A stretch of DNA of 64,000 bases from Ramazzottius varieornatus (taxonomy: Eukaryota > Animalia > Tardigrada). Position numbers and translations under genes: made by a program. The notes beneath the pieces are model-generated. The model saw only the letters and a program-made list of their open reading frames with translations. It had not been told where the DNA came from and searched no databases. The DNA lies in NCBI GenBank assembly GCA_001949185.1, contig BDGG01000009.1, forward strand, positions 609,624-673,623, written 5' to 3'. Below are positions 1 through 13,088 of the stretch, in pieces. The stretch's first letter is position 1, and each line of letters starts with the position of its first letter.

Positions 1-1222
1 CTTCTACCCTTCCGCACAGAGCTTCCTCGCGCAGAGAAGCCTTGATCTGGAGGTCTCTTATCTGTGCTGAAAGGCAGGAAGCAAAGAAAGGAGGCTTGAG
101 TCTGTTTCGGACGGATCTGTCGGGGAAACCACGAGAAAGCGCTCGACGGCCATCAGCAATATGCAAAAGGTACGATTATCCGACGGAACCTCCTTTGGCC
201 AGCCAAATCCTTCCACGATTAGGAGCCCGGTGTTTCAGGAGTGATGCGCAACCAATACACCGTAGGCACGTAGTGATCTCATTTTTACGGTGTGTGACGT
301 CATGTTATGAAATTGTTTTTGAAGCCATGTTACTTGCTATTGCATTACGATTAGTGACGCATGCGCTAATTAAACTGTCATTCGCTTCCCCTCTCTGCAG
401 ATCCAGGAAGAATTCTTCCTACACAGGATGTTTGAAGCTGTTTCCCCTAAATCAAACCCATCCTTACCACATCGTGAACATGGACTAGACTTCTGTCAGA
501 CAGCAGAACACGTATAAGAGGACGCTATCTCCAACAGGTGCAAAGGAAGTTCGAGTTGTGCAGCCTTCAGGAGATCCCGAATGCCTCACGGTGTGCTTCA
601 AGATTTGCGCTGACGGCTCAAAACTCCCCGCTTCCATTGTGTTCAAAGGCAGCAAGAACGGAAAGCAGTCGCCAAGAATCCTCAACAAGTTGGTGATCCC
701 CGAGAACGTGAGCATCTCCAGTACTTATTCGGGGTGGTGGAATTCGGCTTCTGATCAGTTTTTGATAAGCGAAACGTTCGACTAAAGACACGATGGTGGA
801 ACTCTGATTCGCGATCGTGCGCCAGCTCATAGGAGTTCCAAAAGTCAGCTTCCACTGGAAAATCTGGGTATTGAACACGTTTTCATTGCCGCTGGACTCA
901 CTGGCACCTATCAACCTCTCGACGTAGGTGTTAACTCTTCCTTTAAATCGTACCTGCGGCGATCTTACCATGTCTGGAGGGATGATCTTACCAAGAGTGG
1001 GTACTTGAAGAGGCCGAGCCGCCAAGACTCCATCCATTTTTTTCGTAAGCTTGGGACAAAATCAAGATTTCCACGGTAGAAATTTCTTTGTTGGAGCTAA
1101 TATTATGCCAGATCATTTGTGCATGTTAGCTGGGCAGGAAGAGATTATGTATAGTACGGAAGATTTGGAGACCTCTTTCCAGTGTAGTTTCGGCTCGGTG
1201 GGAGATTCATTCGCAGAAAAAT
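1..1222 (+). pseudogene. pogo/Tigger-like DDE_1 transposase relic (in-frame stops, 5' truncated by window)
   Basis: Reading across stops gives IVNMD*T...LTVCFKICADGSKLPASIVFKG...LIRDRAPAH...GLTGTYQPLDVGVNSSFKSYLR, the characteristic pogo DDE_1 motifs (NMDET, ADGxKLP, D..xH, QPLD..VN..FK). Stops at 486-488 and 783-785. Confidence 0.8.
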
Positions 1223-1594
1223 AAAGCGTTACCGTGTATGAAAATTGATTGACGAGCCTTTGATCGACGACCTGGTTGTTTTTCTTTACCCGGCAGGTAA
1301 TATTTACGGGCCTGTCACGTGACTGCGCAGCACCTCAGAGGGAATACAGTACATCCATGCGGCGTCTAAACTCATTCCCACACGCTCAAACACCAACAAT
1401 AGAACGAATTTATGCGCAAGACGATGAATGAGCAGTTTTACGCAGAAATGTGAAGCGATGTGCCTTTTTCGCAGCGGACTTCCATTGCATACCGGTGGGC
1501 TGAGTGGGCTGAGACGGAGCAGCATGATTCAAATATCACTTTTTTCCTTGCGCCCGGAACTTCCAGGTACCGATGAACAATACCCTAAAAGTCT

Positions 1595-1781
1595 AAGCTC
1601 TGTTTCACTAACGATGGACCTCAAGACTTTCCAAACGGTAGACCTCCTAAAGAACCACTTAACCCAGACTGGCTTTAGATGTTCAAACAGCTCGAAGGGC
1701 TATCAAATGGCCGTTCCACAAAGCTGAGATTACCTCTCAATCATCCCGCTACCGGGGAAGATCAGCTGATAAGATCTGTGA
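1595..1781 (+). repeat. ~190-bp diverged dispersed repeat, copy 1 (inverted partner at 7761-7950)
   Basis: Blocks such as gactttccaaa, cccaga.t.gc.tt.gatgttcaa, atggccgttcca and atcatcccgct..cgggga.gatcagctgata.gatct align to the reverse complement of 7761-7950. Confidence 0.7.
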
Positions 1782-3145
1782 TGGTGATGTATGGTTCTGA
1801 ACGGAATCGTACGCATGATCAGGTCCGAGTCCGCGAGTGCAGCTGTTCCATTCAATCAAGCAGTATCAGAAATGCTGGTTAGTCAGACGATCAGTGATCG
1901 GAACAACAGGCGAAGCGGTTACATAGTCGCTATCTTTGCATGATGATCCCTGATCGTGCGTGTGATCAGTCGAGTAATTCTCTCTGTTTCGTCGTCTTTT
2001 TTCCCTGTCGCCCATAGTGATGTTGGCGTATATAAGTATCATATTAAATTAGAACTTATTAGATGATTTTTGCATCTAGTATATCGCATTAACATTTATT
2101 AGATGCCTCGGCCGACGTGGAATATATATTAGTATTAAATTAGATGAAAGCCAGAGATAGTATTATGATATTGAAATCAAGCCGCTGGACGCTCCATATT
2201 AAAATCATTGAAATGCGGATTTCGGCTCCAGTTGGTTAAAGTAATGCATGATTTGCGTCCGCAATTAGCGTGAAACTGTGCGCGGTGTGCTGTATGCCAG
2301 TAGATCTTACGCATCAACCACCTGCACGTGCGTTAAACTCACGAGCGTTCGGATGTTATGACTTGATCAAAGCAGCTGATTTGATTGGTAAGTGCAGGAC
2401 TACGATTTCGGAGACTCAGTTACACACCCGCCATTCGCGCTGTAAACAAATGCATTTCAGCGCGATTCTGCAATGCGTTTGCAGAATCGCGCTTGGAAGA
2501 ACGGCTTGAAAGAGAGGAATTCGCCGAACATCAGGCAGAAGAGATAACAGCCGGTAAAACTGCTGTTATTTTTGAACGGTTCCTTGGTAGTACTTTTAAC
2601 TGATAATTCATGCCTTTTTTATTGCTGGATCTGGATAAAACTGCTTTACTGATGGAATCGTTAAGGAACGAAGTCATCTTTTCCCGTTGACACGTGGATC
2701 TAGAAATGACAGAAATATAATGATATATCATAATAAGAACCCAGCGACGCAAGTTAATATATCAACATTGTATCAGATGCTCTGCGCTCGGGGCATATTG
2801 TATTCAGATTATATTGGAACTCTGGCAGATCGGGCTTACTAAATTAAGATTACACTAGGTCGCGATACCCTTATGCCAACGTCACTGGTCGCCGAAGGTA
2901 AGTATTGAATGTCTTTTGAAGCAAAATTAGAAAATCTCGCCGGCCTCCAAACGGCATCCTTTCTCTGTTTGCATTTCGAGTTTTCATACTATAACTGCTC
3001 CTTTTCTTGTTTCAGAAGTCGCCAGATTCTGAAATAATCCACTTATCCTCTCATGAAATTTTTTTTAGGCTGAATGTAACTCTGGAATGATCCTGTGGAA
3101 TTTTCAGCCTGTATTTTGATGTGGTCCTCGTATACTGTAATCTGA

Positions 3146-5606
3146 CGAGGGGATTTTCCCAATCTGCCGCCTCTGATCCTCAAACCGACATCACAGGTGG
3201 ATAGAGAAGAGTTCATCTTTCCGTTCCTGGAATAAACTGCAGGAACCGGAAGTTACGTCAAAATTAGGGCGGTACTGTACATTGACCGAGGCACAATCAA
3301 TAAGTTTGATTGACTCATAGTTGATTGGCCAAAATTGATTGTTCCTTCCATCATATGAGCTTGTCGCTGTCGCATGACGCATCTTTTGTTAATTCACTCC
3401 TCCCTAATCTTCCCACAACACTGCGATGTACTCCATCAATCCCTTGAACGTGCTAAAGCTCCTGGAAGAGGAATACAAACTCCGGTATCAGCCGGACGAT
3501 GCGCCAAGTGAAGCGGACAAGCAGCTGAAAGACCTTATCAAAGGTAGGTATTTTTCCGAAGGTTCAGTGCAGAAGTAAGAGGTTTTGTTTCATCGGATTG
3601 TTGGAATATTCTAGATCTTATTGACATCAAAATTGCTCGAAGCGACAGTCCTGTGCTGGAGGTTGAAGAGGACTTGCAGGGGGACCTACAGTTCGACGGG
3701 CTAACGTTCGACGACTTTGAAAAGACGGCGGGTGATGCTAGCCTGTTGAACGGTAGCGCTGAACGTTATTTCTTCGAAGATGATCGCTTGAACGAGCCTG
3801 TTACAAGTGACACTGAACCTTCGTCCCACGAAATATTTGTTCCGCGACTCCCAGATCCAAGAGTTCCGTCAAGCCAAGCTGTCAATCTCGACTACAAGAA
3901 ACGTGCTGTTGATTACTGGTGTAACGTTAATGCAAAGAAACGGCGGAGCTTGTCTTCAGTTCGAAACCATTCCACAAAAGTTTGGGACGAACTACAGCTA
4001 AGAGACTGGAAGAAACAGCTAGCTGAAGGCGGATCCCGATTCGACCAATTGAAAGTCATTCGCTTCGAGAGAGCAAAGCAGTACTACATGGCCAAGCAGA
4101 AGAGACAAGTAGTCAAGGATTTGGATCTTCAACGATGGGCGATAACCGCGAATAATGATGTGGATCTGCCTGGTTTCACCGCTTCGCCGTACGAGGTGTC
4201 AAAATTCAAACGGTAATTGATATCGTGCAAGAACTTACTTATCGATTTAACGAAGGCAAATCTTCTGTATTTGAACGTCGGAAAACGATTTCACCTGAAT
4301 CGTCAGTTCAAGTAGCGCACGTTACCGTACTCAATAAGTGACAGCGGCGCCACCAAAAACGACCTTTTCCTATTTGCTGGCAGTGTTCCGATGACATTTA
4401 TGCTATTTTGGCAGGTACTACGGAATATTTGATCGAAAGATAACGAAGTTCGTCACAAAGAAGTCCCTCGAAGCAGCTCCCCAAATCAAGCAAAGTGCAG
4501 AAGAGTGTGTTGCGCTGGTCAGATCCAGAATAGCGGAGCACGGATTGGACTGTCTTTGGAACACGGATCAATCGGGATTTGAATACGAGATGAGGCCCGG
4601 GAGAACTTTGGAGCAGAAAGGCGTGAAACATGTCGAGGCTATAACCCAGTCCAAAAATTCCATGACTCATTCCTATACTGTCATGATGACAATCTCTCCC
4701 GGCACACGAAAGTTTCATCCTATTTTGTTCATCACCCTGAAAGAAGAAAAAGGAGTCTTTGGCCCAATCGTGTCGAAAACGATGTTCAAAGCTGATAACC
4801 TGTACATCACTGCGTCGACATCGGGAAAAATGACGAAGAAGCTCTACGTGGAATGGTCCGAAAAAGTGTTGTTTCCGCATATGGAAGACCGCTGTATCCT
4901 TCTGGCTGACTCCTGGAAGACGTTCACCGATCAGGACGCTGTTATCGAACTCAAGCCCGAAGAGCTGCAGTACGAGATGATCCCAAAGTGGCTGGTAGTA
5001 TCCAGCCGTTGGATGTTCTTTGCTTCCGGATGTACAAGGGATGTTTCAAAAGGATCTGAAATTTCGTGTTTGTTAATGATATTCCTGTACATGTCCATCA
5101 TAGGGACGTACTCCTAAAACTTCATTCCTTACTGTATCAGCAGTTTCAGTCACCCAGATTCGAGAACCTAATTGTACGTGCCTGGTTCAAGTCGGGATAT
5201 ACGGATGAACGGGTACAGTATGTGAACCCCGCAAGCTTCATGCTCAAGAAGCTGAATGGCCGCTGTATCATAATAACTGTAAGAATACTGTCCTTCTGGT
5301 CTGTGGGTGGTGCAAAGGTCGCCTCTGTTCTCACCATTTCTATGATGTTCATCATTTCTGTACCATCTACCTGCCTTAATGCCTTTTTGAATTTTCCACT
5401 AGATATCTTTACGAGGACGGAAGTAACAGGTTAACTTGTAGCGCCACCTGTGTTTGGAACTTTGACGTAACTTCCGGTTCCTGCAGTTTATTCCAGGAAC
5501 GGAAAGATGACCAGGTTTCCGGTTCAGACTACAGAGAAAACTCTTCTCTATCCACCTGTGATGTCGGTTTGAGGATCAGAAGTGGCGGATTGGAAAAATC
5601 CCCTCG
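3146..5606 (+). mobile_element. Tc1/mariner-superfamily (pogo-like) DNA transposon, ~2.46 kb, with ~117-bp TIRs
   Basis: Left TIR 3146-3262 (CGAGGGGATTTT...GGAAGTTACGTCAAA) is the near-perfect reverse complement of 5461-5606 apart from a 29-nt insertion at 5510-5538. Flanks are GA/TG, possibly a degenerate TA TSD. Encloses a transposase. Confidence 0.9.
3426..5379 (+). pseudogene. Intron-containing DDE transposase with C-terminal Cys/His finger, frameshifted
   Basis: Exons ~3426-3544, 3615-4212, 4414-5379. Motifs NTDQSGF, LLADSW, IQPLD; C-terminal C..CGWCKGRLCSHHFYDVHHFC. Frameshifts near 4985 and 5265 plus an in-frame TGA near 5057. Confidence 0.8.
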
Positions 5607-6130
5607 TGAAAAGACTGATTTGATAAATAATTCAATGAATAATTAGATTTTGGAATTACAAAATGGCCCACAGCCCACCCCTGCATCAGGGTGAACGAAA
5701 AGTCGTCAGGGTTCGGTTCAATCAACCAGGGCACCGTTCCTGTTTGTTTGTAAACCGAAACCCTGATCATGATTTCGCCCCTGATCGTCCGGGGAGTGCC
5801 CGCAATCGGTCTGTCAAGTGTTCTAGGACCGGTTTCATCCCGCAGATGATGGATTATTTTCGCCCTGAGGGTCGGGGTGCAGAGGCGCACCAATTTGCCT
5901 GCAAGGGGCCCCGAGGTCTAGAAAGGTCGTGACGATGTGACTTTGACCTCTTGAAAAAATAAACATTTGCATTTGTTTGTTTTGCCAAATTTGCTTTTTC
6001 TTCTTCACGAATCACGGTTCTGTTCGTTAGTTCCTCACAATCCTCACCCAAACTGCAACATCAGCCCTTTCCAGGCGAACGCATCCGGTTCCCTTCCAGG
6101 TCTGCACCACCGTTCTCCGAGCTGACAAGG

Positions 6131-7327
6131 ATGGAGATTGGTGATCCACCGGAAAGTCCGGATCCGGAGGCTTTTGCTGTGGCAGACCAGATCGACCAGA
6201 TGCTGGATGGACCCGAGGATGCTGCTCACGCTGCGGACGAGATCGTGATGGACGACTACCACACCGTCGATGTCGAGACGACAGAAAGTCTTCAATCTGC
6301 TGCTGCGCAGCCTGTAGTTGATCACGTGCTTGCCGAGCCTTCCACTACTTTCGGTTCAGCTTCGAACCTTATGGCAAGTCCCTTCCTAAACCTGGGAGAG
6401 TTGTCGCCAGGAGTTACGGCAGCTTTGAAGCGCATGATGGAGGAGAAGGAGCAGAAGGAAAAGAGGGATACCGTGGTGTCGCAGATACGTGCACTTATGG
6501 ACTGGGACACGTTAACAGAGTAAAGTAATATTGTCACTGTTTAGACCAAGCTTTCGTTATGGAGTGGCGCACATTTTCATTGTTACTAACTGACGGTGTG
6601 CGCCACTTGGGAAAACAATCTGGATGAATTTGTTTCGTTTGCCGACGTCCCAGACCGTATTTGTTTTTTTTTCGTTGTCATCTTTGCAGAGACATCAAAA
6701 CCCTCTTCCCTGATAAATTTTTGTCCACTTTGGTGGAATGGATCTTGACAAAGTTCCAGCCGGACGTCGTTCGAGATGGCATACTGGATCAAAACAGGTA
6801 CGCAACCGGAAACGTTTTTTGAATCAAAGTACAGTATAGTGTACAAGCGCATAACGATATCGCTGATTAAATACCTTACAGGAAGGAGCAGGAGCTCTAC
6901 CGGAAACGAGAAGTCTTGGTGCAAGAGCATCAGAAGGAGCTGCAGAATATCAGAAAGCGGCATGCAGAAGTCTTGTCCGACTGTAATACAAGGAACACTC
7001 CACACAAGAAACCGGTAATAGCACGGACGAACGAGGAGGAAATGAATAAGGTATTAAAAGCCACCCAAAAAGTTTGCCATTCACAGATGGCGGTGAGGAC
7101 GGTGTTTCTTACAGTTGCTGGCTAAGCAGAAGGAGGAGCTGTTTTCCCTGGATTCCAAGATCGTCCTAGCTATTGACAACTTGCTGACGACCCAGCAGCG
7201 GAAGTTTCAAGATACGGGAATGCCTGGTATGGTCGAGACTCAGGACCCAGCTGAGATCTTGCGCCAGATCATCGTGATAGACGTGCTTGCGAGAATGGCC
7301 GGAGTCGACATTCGGATGGCAACTTAA
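6131..7327 (+). CDS. DGCR6: DGCR6/gonadal-family protein (4 exons: ~6131-6519, 6689-6797, 6882-7050, 7115-7327)
   Basis: C-terminal DSKIVLAIDNLLTTQQRKFQDTGMPGMVETQDPAEILRQIIVIDVL matches the DGCR6 pattern (D.KIVLELD..V..QQ.TL..AG..GF..T.NP.E...Q..LL..I). Coiled-coil middle; GT-AG introns. Confidence 0.75.
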
Positions 7328-7760
7328 CTTATTAATGTTTCTCAGTAGTTAATCGTCTGAATTACCCAACCGATCTTGTTGAAGTTTTATCGTTACGGAA
7401 CCTGAGATTAAGCCGATGCTTGTTTAAGAGACTGTGTTTATTTTATACGTTTGGTACCTCGGTATTCAGGGGCGAATCTCCTTCACAGTGACGGTGTGAC
7501 TTCTCATTCCCAGAAGGAATTTTCGGATTCGCTCAGCGGGAGGATTACCGTCCTTTACGCAAGTTATTCGACCCGTAAACCTCGCTGCGAAATCTTTGGT
7601 TCGCTGGGCAGAGCTAATCAAACCTCCCAGGTCTCGGCGACAACGAAGTCGCCGCAGTCACCGGATTGACCGGACAACGGGCAGGGAGAACCGGACCTCC
7701 GCAGATCGCAATCTCGCTTTTAAGCTCTGTTCACCAACGGTACCGTTTACGAAACAAGGA

Positions 7761-7950
7761 TCAAAGATCGTATCAGCTGATCATCCCCGACAGCGGGATG
7801 ATCCAGAGCTGATCTCTACGTTCTGGAACGGCCATTCGATACCCATCCGGCGTGCTTGAACATCCAAAGGCAAATCTGGGAAGAAGTGGTGTGCAGGAAG
7901 CTCACCCTTTGGAAAGTCGTGTACTCTTTGGTCAGTGAAACAAAGAGCTG
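7761..7950 (-). repeat. ~190-bp diverged dispersed repeat, copy 2 (inverted relative to 1595-1781)
   Basis: Reverse complement aligns with 1595-1781 in several blocks. Confidence 0.7.
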
Positions 7951-8175
7951 ACTACTATCAGCTGGGCGGTGCCTTTTCAAACAGCAGACGAATCATGATT
8001 TTCAACGTGGTAGCGGTTACCATACCACGTGATTGATTCGATCCAAACCTGCCAGGCAAGCCACGTTTGCAGTTCATCACGGAGGAACGAAACAGAAAGT
8101 CTTCACTCATCGCCTCATTCTTCTCTGAGCGTGTGTTTCCCTCGTGCCTTTTGCAGGTGATCAACGTTCCCCAAG

Positions 8176-10051
8176 ATGACCTCCGCATCCTGGCTCCTCT
8201 TTGTGAGTCTGTGCATAGCTGCCGTGACGGGCAAGGTGCACTTCAAGGAGGAATTCAGCGACACCAAGTGGGAGGATCGGTGGGTACAGTCGGAGCACAA
8301 AGGCAAAGAGTTTGGCACGTTCAAGCTGACACCCGGCAAGTTCTACGGCGATGCTGACATCAACCAAGGTCTGCAAACATCGCAAGATGCCAGGTTCTAT
8401 GGCATCTCTACCAAATTCGACTCCTTCAGCAACGAGGACAAGCCTCTAGTCATCCAGTTTTCGGTCAAGCACGAGCAAAATATCGATTGCGGCGGCGGAT
8501 ACGTTAAAGTCTTTCCTTCCGACCTCGACCAAAAGGATTTACACGGTACGCTTTCCACACAACTTCCTCCGAGTTTTTCTGGCAGATTGTCTTGTTCACT
8601 TCCGGTCAATCTGGCGAGAAAACAGGACATGAATTTACAGCTAACGTCAAACCTAGGACTGACCGGTCAGAATTTTCCCACTGGAATCTAAGCTGGGTGG
8701 TAATCGCTGATCTGCTGATTCGGCTTGGCTTCGCTTGATTAAGAGGTTTTTGATTTTGCCCTAGACTGTTGCTGGAATTGCTGTATACGTGTCGCGATTT
8801 CTTATCGAGTAATTTCCTTTGCAGGTGATTCACCTTACCTGCTGATGTTTGGTCCCGACATTTGCGGTCCCGGAACCAAGAAGGTCCACGTTATCGTCAA
8901 CTACAAGGGAACTAACCACCTTATAAAGAAGAACATCAGGTGTAAGGATGACGAGTACACTCACGTCTACACGCTCATCCTCAACACCGACGGCACCTAC
9001 GTCGTCAAGATTGACAACAAGGAAGAAGAGAAGGGTACTTTGGAGGATGACTGGGACATGCTGCCCGCCAAGATGATCCCTGACCCTGAAGCCAAGAAGC
9101 CCGATGATTGGGACGAGCGAGAGATGGTGAGTGAATGATATCGGAACATTTGCTCCAGAATACCTTTTAACGGTTTGTTCGTCACAGATTCCCGACGAGA
9201 CCGATACCAAGCCTGAAGACTGGGACAAGCCTCAGCACATCCCCGACCCTGATGCTACCAAGCCCGAAGATTGGGATGAGGAAATGGACGGCTCGTGGGA
9301 ACCACCTCAGATTGAAAACCCCGACTACAAGGTACGAACTTAGTTCCGTCTTTTTTCTGTTCCTGTGGCTTATCCTCTCTTCGTACTATAGGGAGAATGG
9401 AAGGCGAAGGAGATCAGCAACCCGGCATACAAAGGTAATTTTTTGCTTTGTTTTCACGCAGCTCGATAGACAAACAGACGAGATTGTTTCCCCAAGCGGC
9501 GCACTGCTCAGTGTTGTTGGGCAAGAGGCATGCGCCACTTGGACAAGATGGTTTTCCACAAGTCGCGCAACGCTTCTGTTCAATAAACTGGAAGCATGCG
9601 CCAGCTTCATGAAACCCATTTGATGCACACGAAACCCTGCGCTAACTGGGCTTTCTTCTGCATAGGCAAGTGGATCCATCCTGAAATTGAGAACCCCGCC
9701 AGGACGAGCTTGACCGCCGAGGATTTGAAGCTGGCAAAATTCAAGGATATCGGTGCTATTGGTATCGATATCTGGCAAGTCAAGTCGGGCTCCATCTTTG
9801 ATAACATCCTGATCGGTGACGACGCTGATGAGGCTGCCAAGCACGCCGAAGATACCTGGGGAGCAACCAAAGATGCCGAGAAGAAGATGAAGGAGACTGC
9901 CGATGAGGAAGATAGGAAGAAGGCTGACGAAGAATCCAAGAAAGAATCGGATAGCTCGAAGAACGATGACGATGATGAGACCGATAAGGCCGACAAAGAC
10001 TCTGATGATAAGGATGATCACGACCACGATCATGATCACGACGAGCTCTAA
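8176..10051 (+). CDS. CALR: Calreticulin (5 exons: ~8176-8545, 8825-9126, 9189-9331, 9392-9434, 9666-10051)
   Basis: Signal peptide, KHEQNIDCGGGYVKVF, MFGPDICGPGTKKVHVI, P-domain repeats IPDPEAKKPDDWD, IDIWQVKSGSIFDN, acidic tail ending HDEL. Confidence 0.97.
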
Positions 10052-11127
10052 GGTAATTTGATCCGGCTAGATATCATCGGATTTTTTCTAATATTTTGCG
10101 GTATTTTTTGCAGGCATGGATTCTTTTTTTATTTGATGTTTTTCAAGTTTTGTTTCTTTTGCAACATCACAATCAATCCGGCTGGAGAAAAAAATACCAC
10201 ATGTTTCTTTCTAATCGGCAATTCCGTTTCGGTTGCGTCTTCTTTCTGTGAGTGCGCCACGTTGTTAATTAATATTTATATGGGCAAGTCGAAGTACAAG
10301 TAAAAATGTTTCTTTCAAATTCGTTCGTCGACTGCAAATCAAGGCTCATCCACTCGTGAAGAAGCCGGTATACTGCATCCTCCTTGAGTGGCGAATCGCA
10401 TGAATTTAGCAAATTTAGTCGACGTCGACACAGACGCACCAACGTGGCAGACGAGCTGCCGGTTTACTGTACTTATCGGAGAATTGTGAGATAAGGCCGC
10501 GGGCGGGTGAGACCAACGAAGACGGAGGCACGGGCCGCAAGACCAACAATTGCTTTGCTCTTTAGAAGGTAATTGCCTCGTTTTACATGGTAGCCTCATA
10601 AGATAGGTAGCTGTAGTTGAGGTGAAGGATTTTATGGATCTTCTGGCCGGAAGGTATCATGACCCATTTTTATTACGAAGCAGTAATGCACGTCAAGTGC
10701 CTTGAGATCAAGTAGTCGTGTCGGAAACCGGTTTTCAATATTTCAAGGTTCACTGTCCCGTCGTCAATGTTTGACTGCTTGGCTATGCGGTCCATATGCA
10801 TGAATGTACGTGTCCTTCAGCGTGACGCTGGTTCAGTCCCAAGGTCTTGCTCGAAGATCCCAGCGTAGAGGTACCTTCAGCGAACAGGAAAAGGTTCTTT
10901 CTTACTTCCGCCCGAAATACAAACTGACGGCAGAAGTTGAGAATGATGATGATAGGCTGTAGATCTTATACCGTGAGATCTGCAGGCTGTGGGTTAGCTC
11001 ATTCCTCCAGGCACTTTTGCGCGCGCCACAGAGAAAATACCGCAATCCGAAATACCATACTGCAGAGAAAGAGCTGATCTTGGTAGGTCGGATAGATTGT
11101 CAGGACCTTCAAAAATTTCCCACTAGA

Positions 11128-13088
11128 ATGGTCTTCAAAGAGAAGCGGGTCTTCGCCCTTATCTTTTTAGCATCCTCTGTCTTTTGCGAGGTTTTCTTTG
11201 AGGAAAACTTCAACGATCCATCATGGAGGAAACGATGGATTACGACTAGCCAAAGATATTACAATGGAAAGCCATTCGGAAATTTCAACTGGACGGCCTC
11301 GACTTATGATGCGAACGATAAAAGTATCATGACGACAGATGACAACAGGTGCGGTACCGAATTTACATTAGTCCGTGTGTAGGATCCAGGCAAAAAATTG
11401 GACAAGATCCTTCATCCCAAGCGGCTTACGCTTTCAACCAATAACACAGAAAGCGTGCGCCACTTGGGAAAGACGACAAGATCATCATTACAAGTGGCGC
11501 GCGGTCATAGCGCTGCTGCCTAACTGCCTGCGCAGCTAGGGAAAATAATCTTCTCGAGTTCGCTTGCCGAGTTCTCACGAGACAGTGGATAGGCTGATGC
11601 ACTCGTACGTATTTTGTACCGTAGCCACTATGCCATTTCGACAACGATTCGAAAGTTCAGTAACCGTGGGAAGAGCTTGGTCATCCAGTTCACCGTAAAG
11701 TTTCAGACGAGAAACACAGCGGACTACGATGCAAAATACTGCGCAGCCGCCTTTTTGAAGCTTTTCTCACCGGACCATGATCCGAAGAAGCTGAACGGGG
11801 ACTCGCCGTACTTGATCAGATTTGGACCGGATACTTGCCCCACCGCGAACCGAATCCAGGCTGATATATTCTACAAAAACAAAATGTGGATTCACGCCCC
11901 CCGAGACTACGATAAAAAGATTTACGTCTGTAAGTATCGTCGTTCGCTTGGAAAGCCACAATGCGCCATATTTCTACGTATGTTATACAGCAGTATCAAT
12001 CTTTATGTGCTTGCAGATACGCCCATGCCATTCATTCCGGATGATTCGCATACACATCTGTACCAGCTGGTTTTCCATCCAAACTTAACGTACGAAAAGC
12101 GCGTCGATGGAAAGCTTATCGTCGAAGAAAGCGGGCATATGGAACATGGTAGGTAAGGGCCACGCTTGACTGCGGATCCGGAAGTGAGCTAATGGTTATT
12201 CACATTGGAAATCGGCGTTTATGGTAGGATGGCAGACACATCCGCCAAGACGTCTTCGAAAAGATCAGCCCAAACCAAGTGAAAACGAGTGGGACGAGCG
12301 CGAGTATATTCTGGACCCAGAAGACAAGAAGCCGGCGGACTGGGATGCGCACCAGTACGTTCCTGACCCCTATGCCAAGAGACCAGACGACTGGAAGGAC
12401 GATGTCGACGGCGAGTGGGAGCATCCTATCATCCGGAATCCTAAATACAAGGAGGAGTGGAAGCCTCGAGCGATTAAGAACCCGAAATATAAAGGACTCT
12501 GGCAAGCGGAAGAGTACGACAACCCTGGTAAGCTCCTCATTCCATTTCATACGTTACTCGTCGATCTAACGTGTGGGATGGTTTTGCAGACTACAAGGAA
12601 GACCCTGATTTGTATGTGATACCCGAAGTGGGAGCAGTCGGTTTTGAGAACTGGCAAGAAACTTCGGGTGAGGTGTCCCATTTGGCCCGTCGTCATGTGA
12701 CTTGAACATGATGGTACCCAAGTGGCGCACACTTGCGACCAATTCCACCGCAAATGTGCGCCACTCCAGATAACGATCGCGATCAATTGGTCTGCCAGCG
12801 TTTCAGTTTCTTTTCCTCGAAACGCTTTTGGTTTTGACGAGAATTTGGTCTATGTGATTAGGAGTGGTGTACGACAACGTTATGATCACCGACGACCTGG
12901 AATACGCTACAAGTGTTGCCCTGCCCATCCAAAAGAAGGCGTATGAGGCGGAGTATAAGGTCTTTGCCGAAAAGTGCGAGCAAGAGCGAATAAGGAAAGT
13001 TGCAGAACGCAAAAAGATTGAGAAAGACCATAAAAGACTGAACACAATCGCAGCTGCGTCAAACCCAAGCAGACACGACGAACTCTAA
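11128..13088 (+). CDS. Divergent calreticulin-like paralog (6 exons: ~11128-11348, 11624-11928, 12017-12148, 12228-12526, 12590-12667, 12862-13088)
   Basis: Signal peptide, VFFEENF, KSLVIQFTVK, CAAAFLKLF, PYLIRFGPDTC, DDSHTHLYQL, ILDPEDKKPADWD, GEWEHPIIRNPKYK, YDNVMITDD, C-terminal HDEL. Confidence 0.9.

Noticed and set aside
3146-5606. This transposon as the autonomous partner of the palindromic family
   Set aside because: Its TIR (CGAGGGGATTTT...) shows no convincing match to the GGGACGTCGGC/GGGAGCTC termini.
8570-8652. Possible core-less remnant of the element in calreticulin intron 1
   Set aside because: It has only weak arm-like similarity and no recognisable core, so it was not counted.
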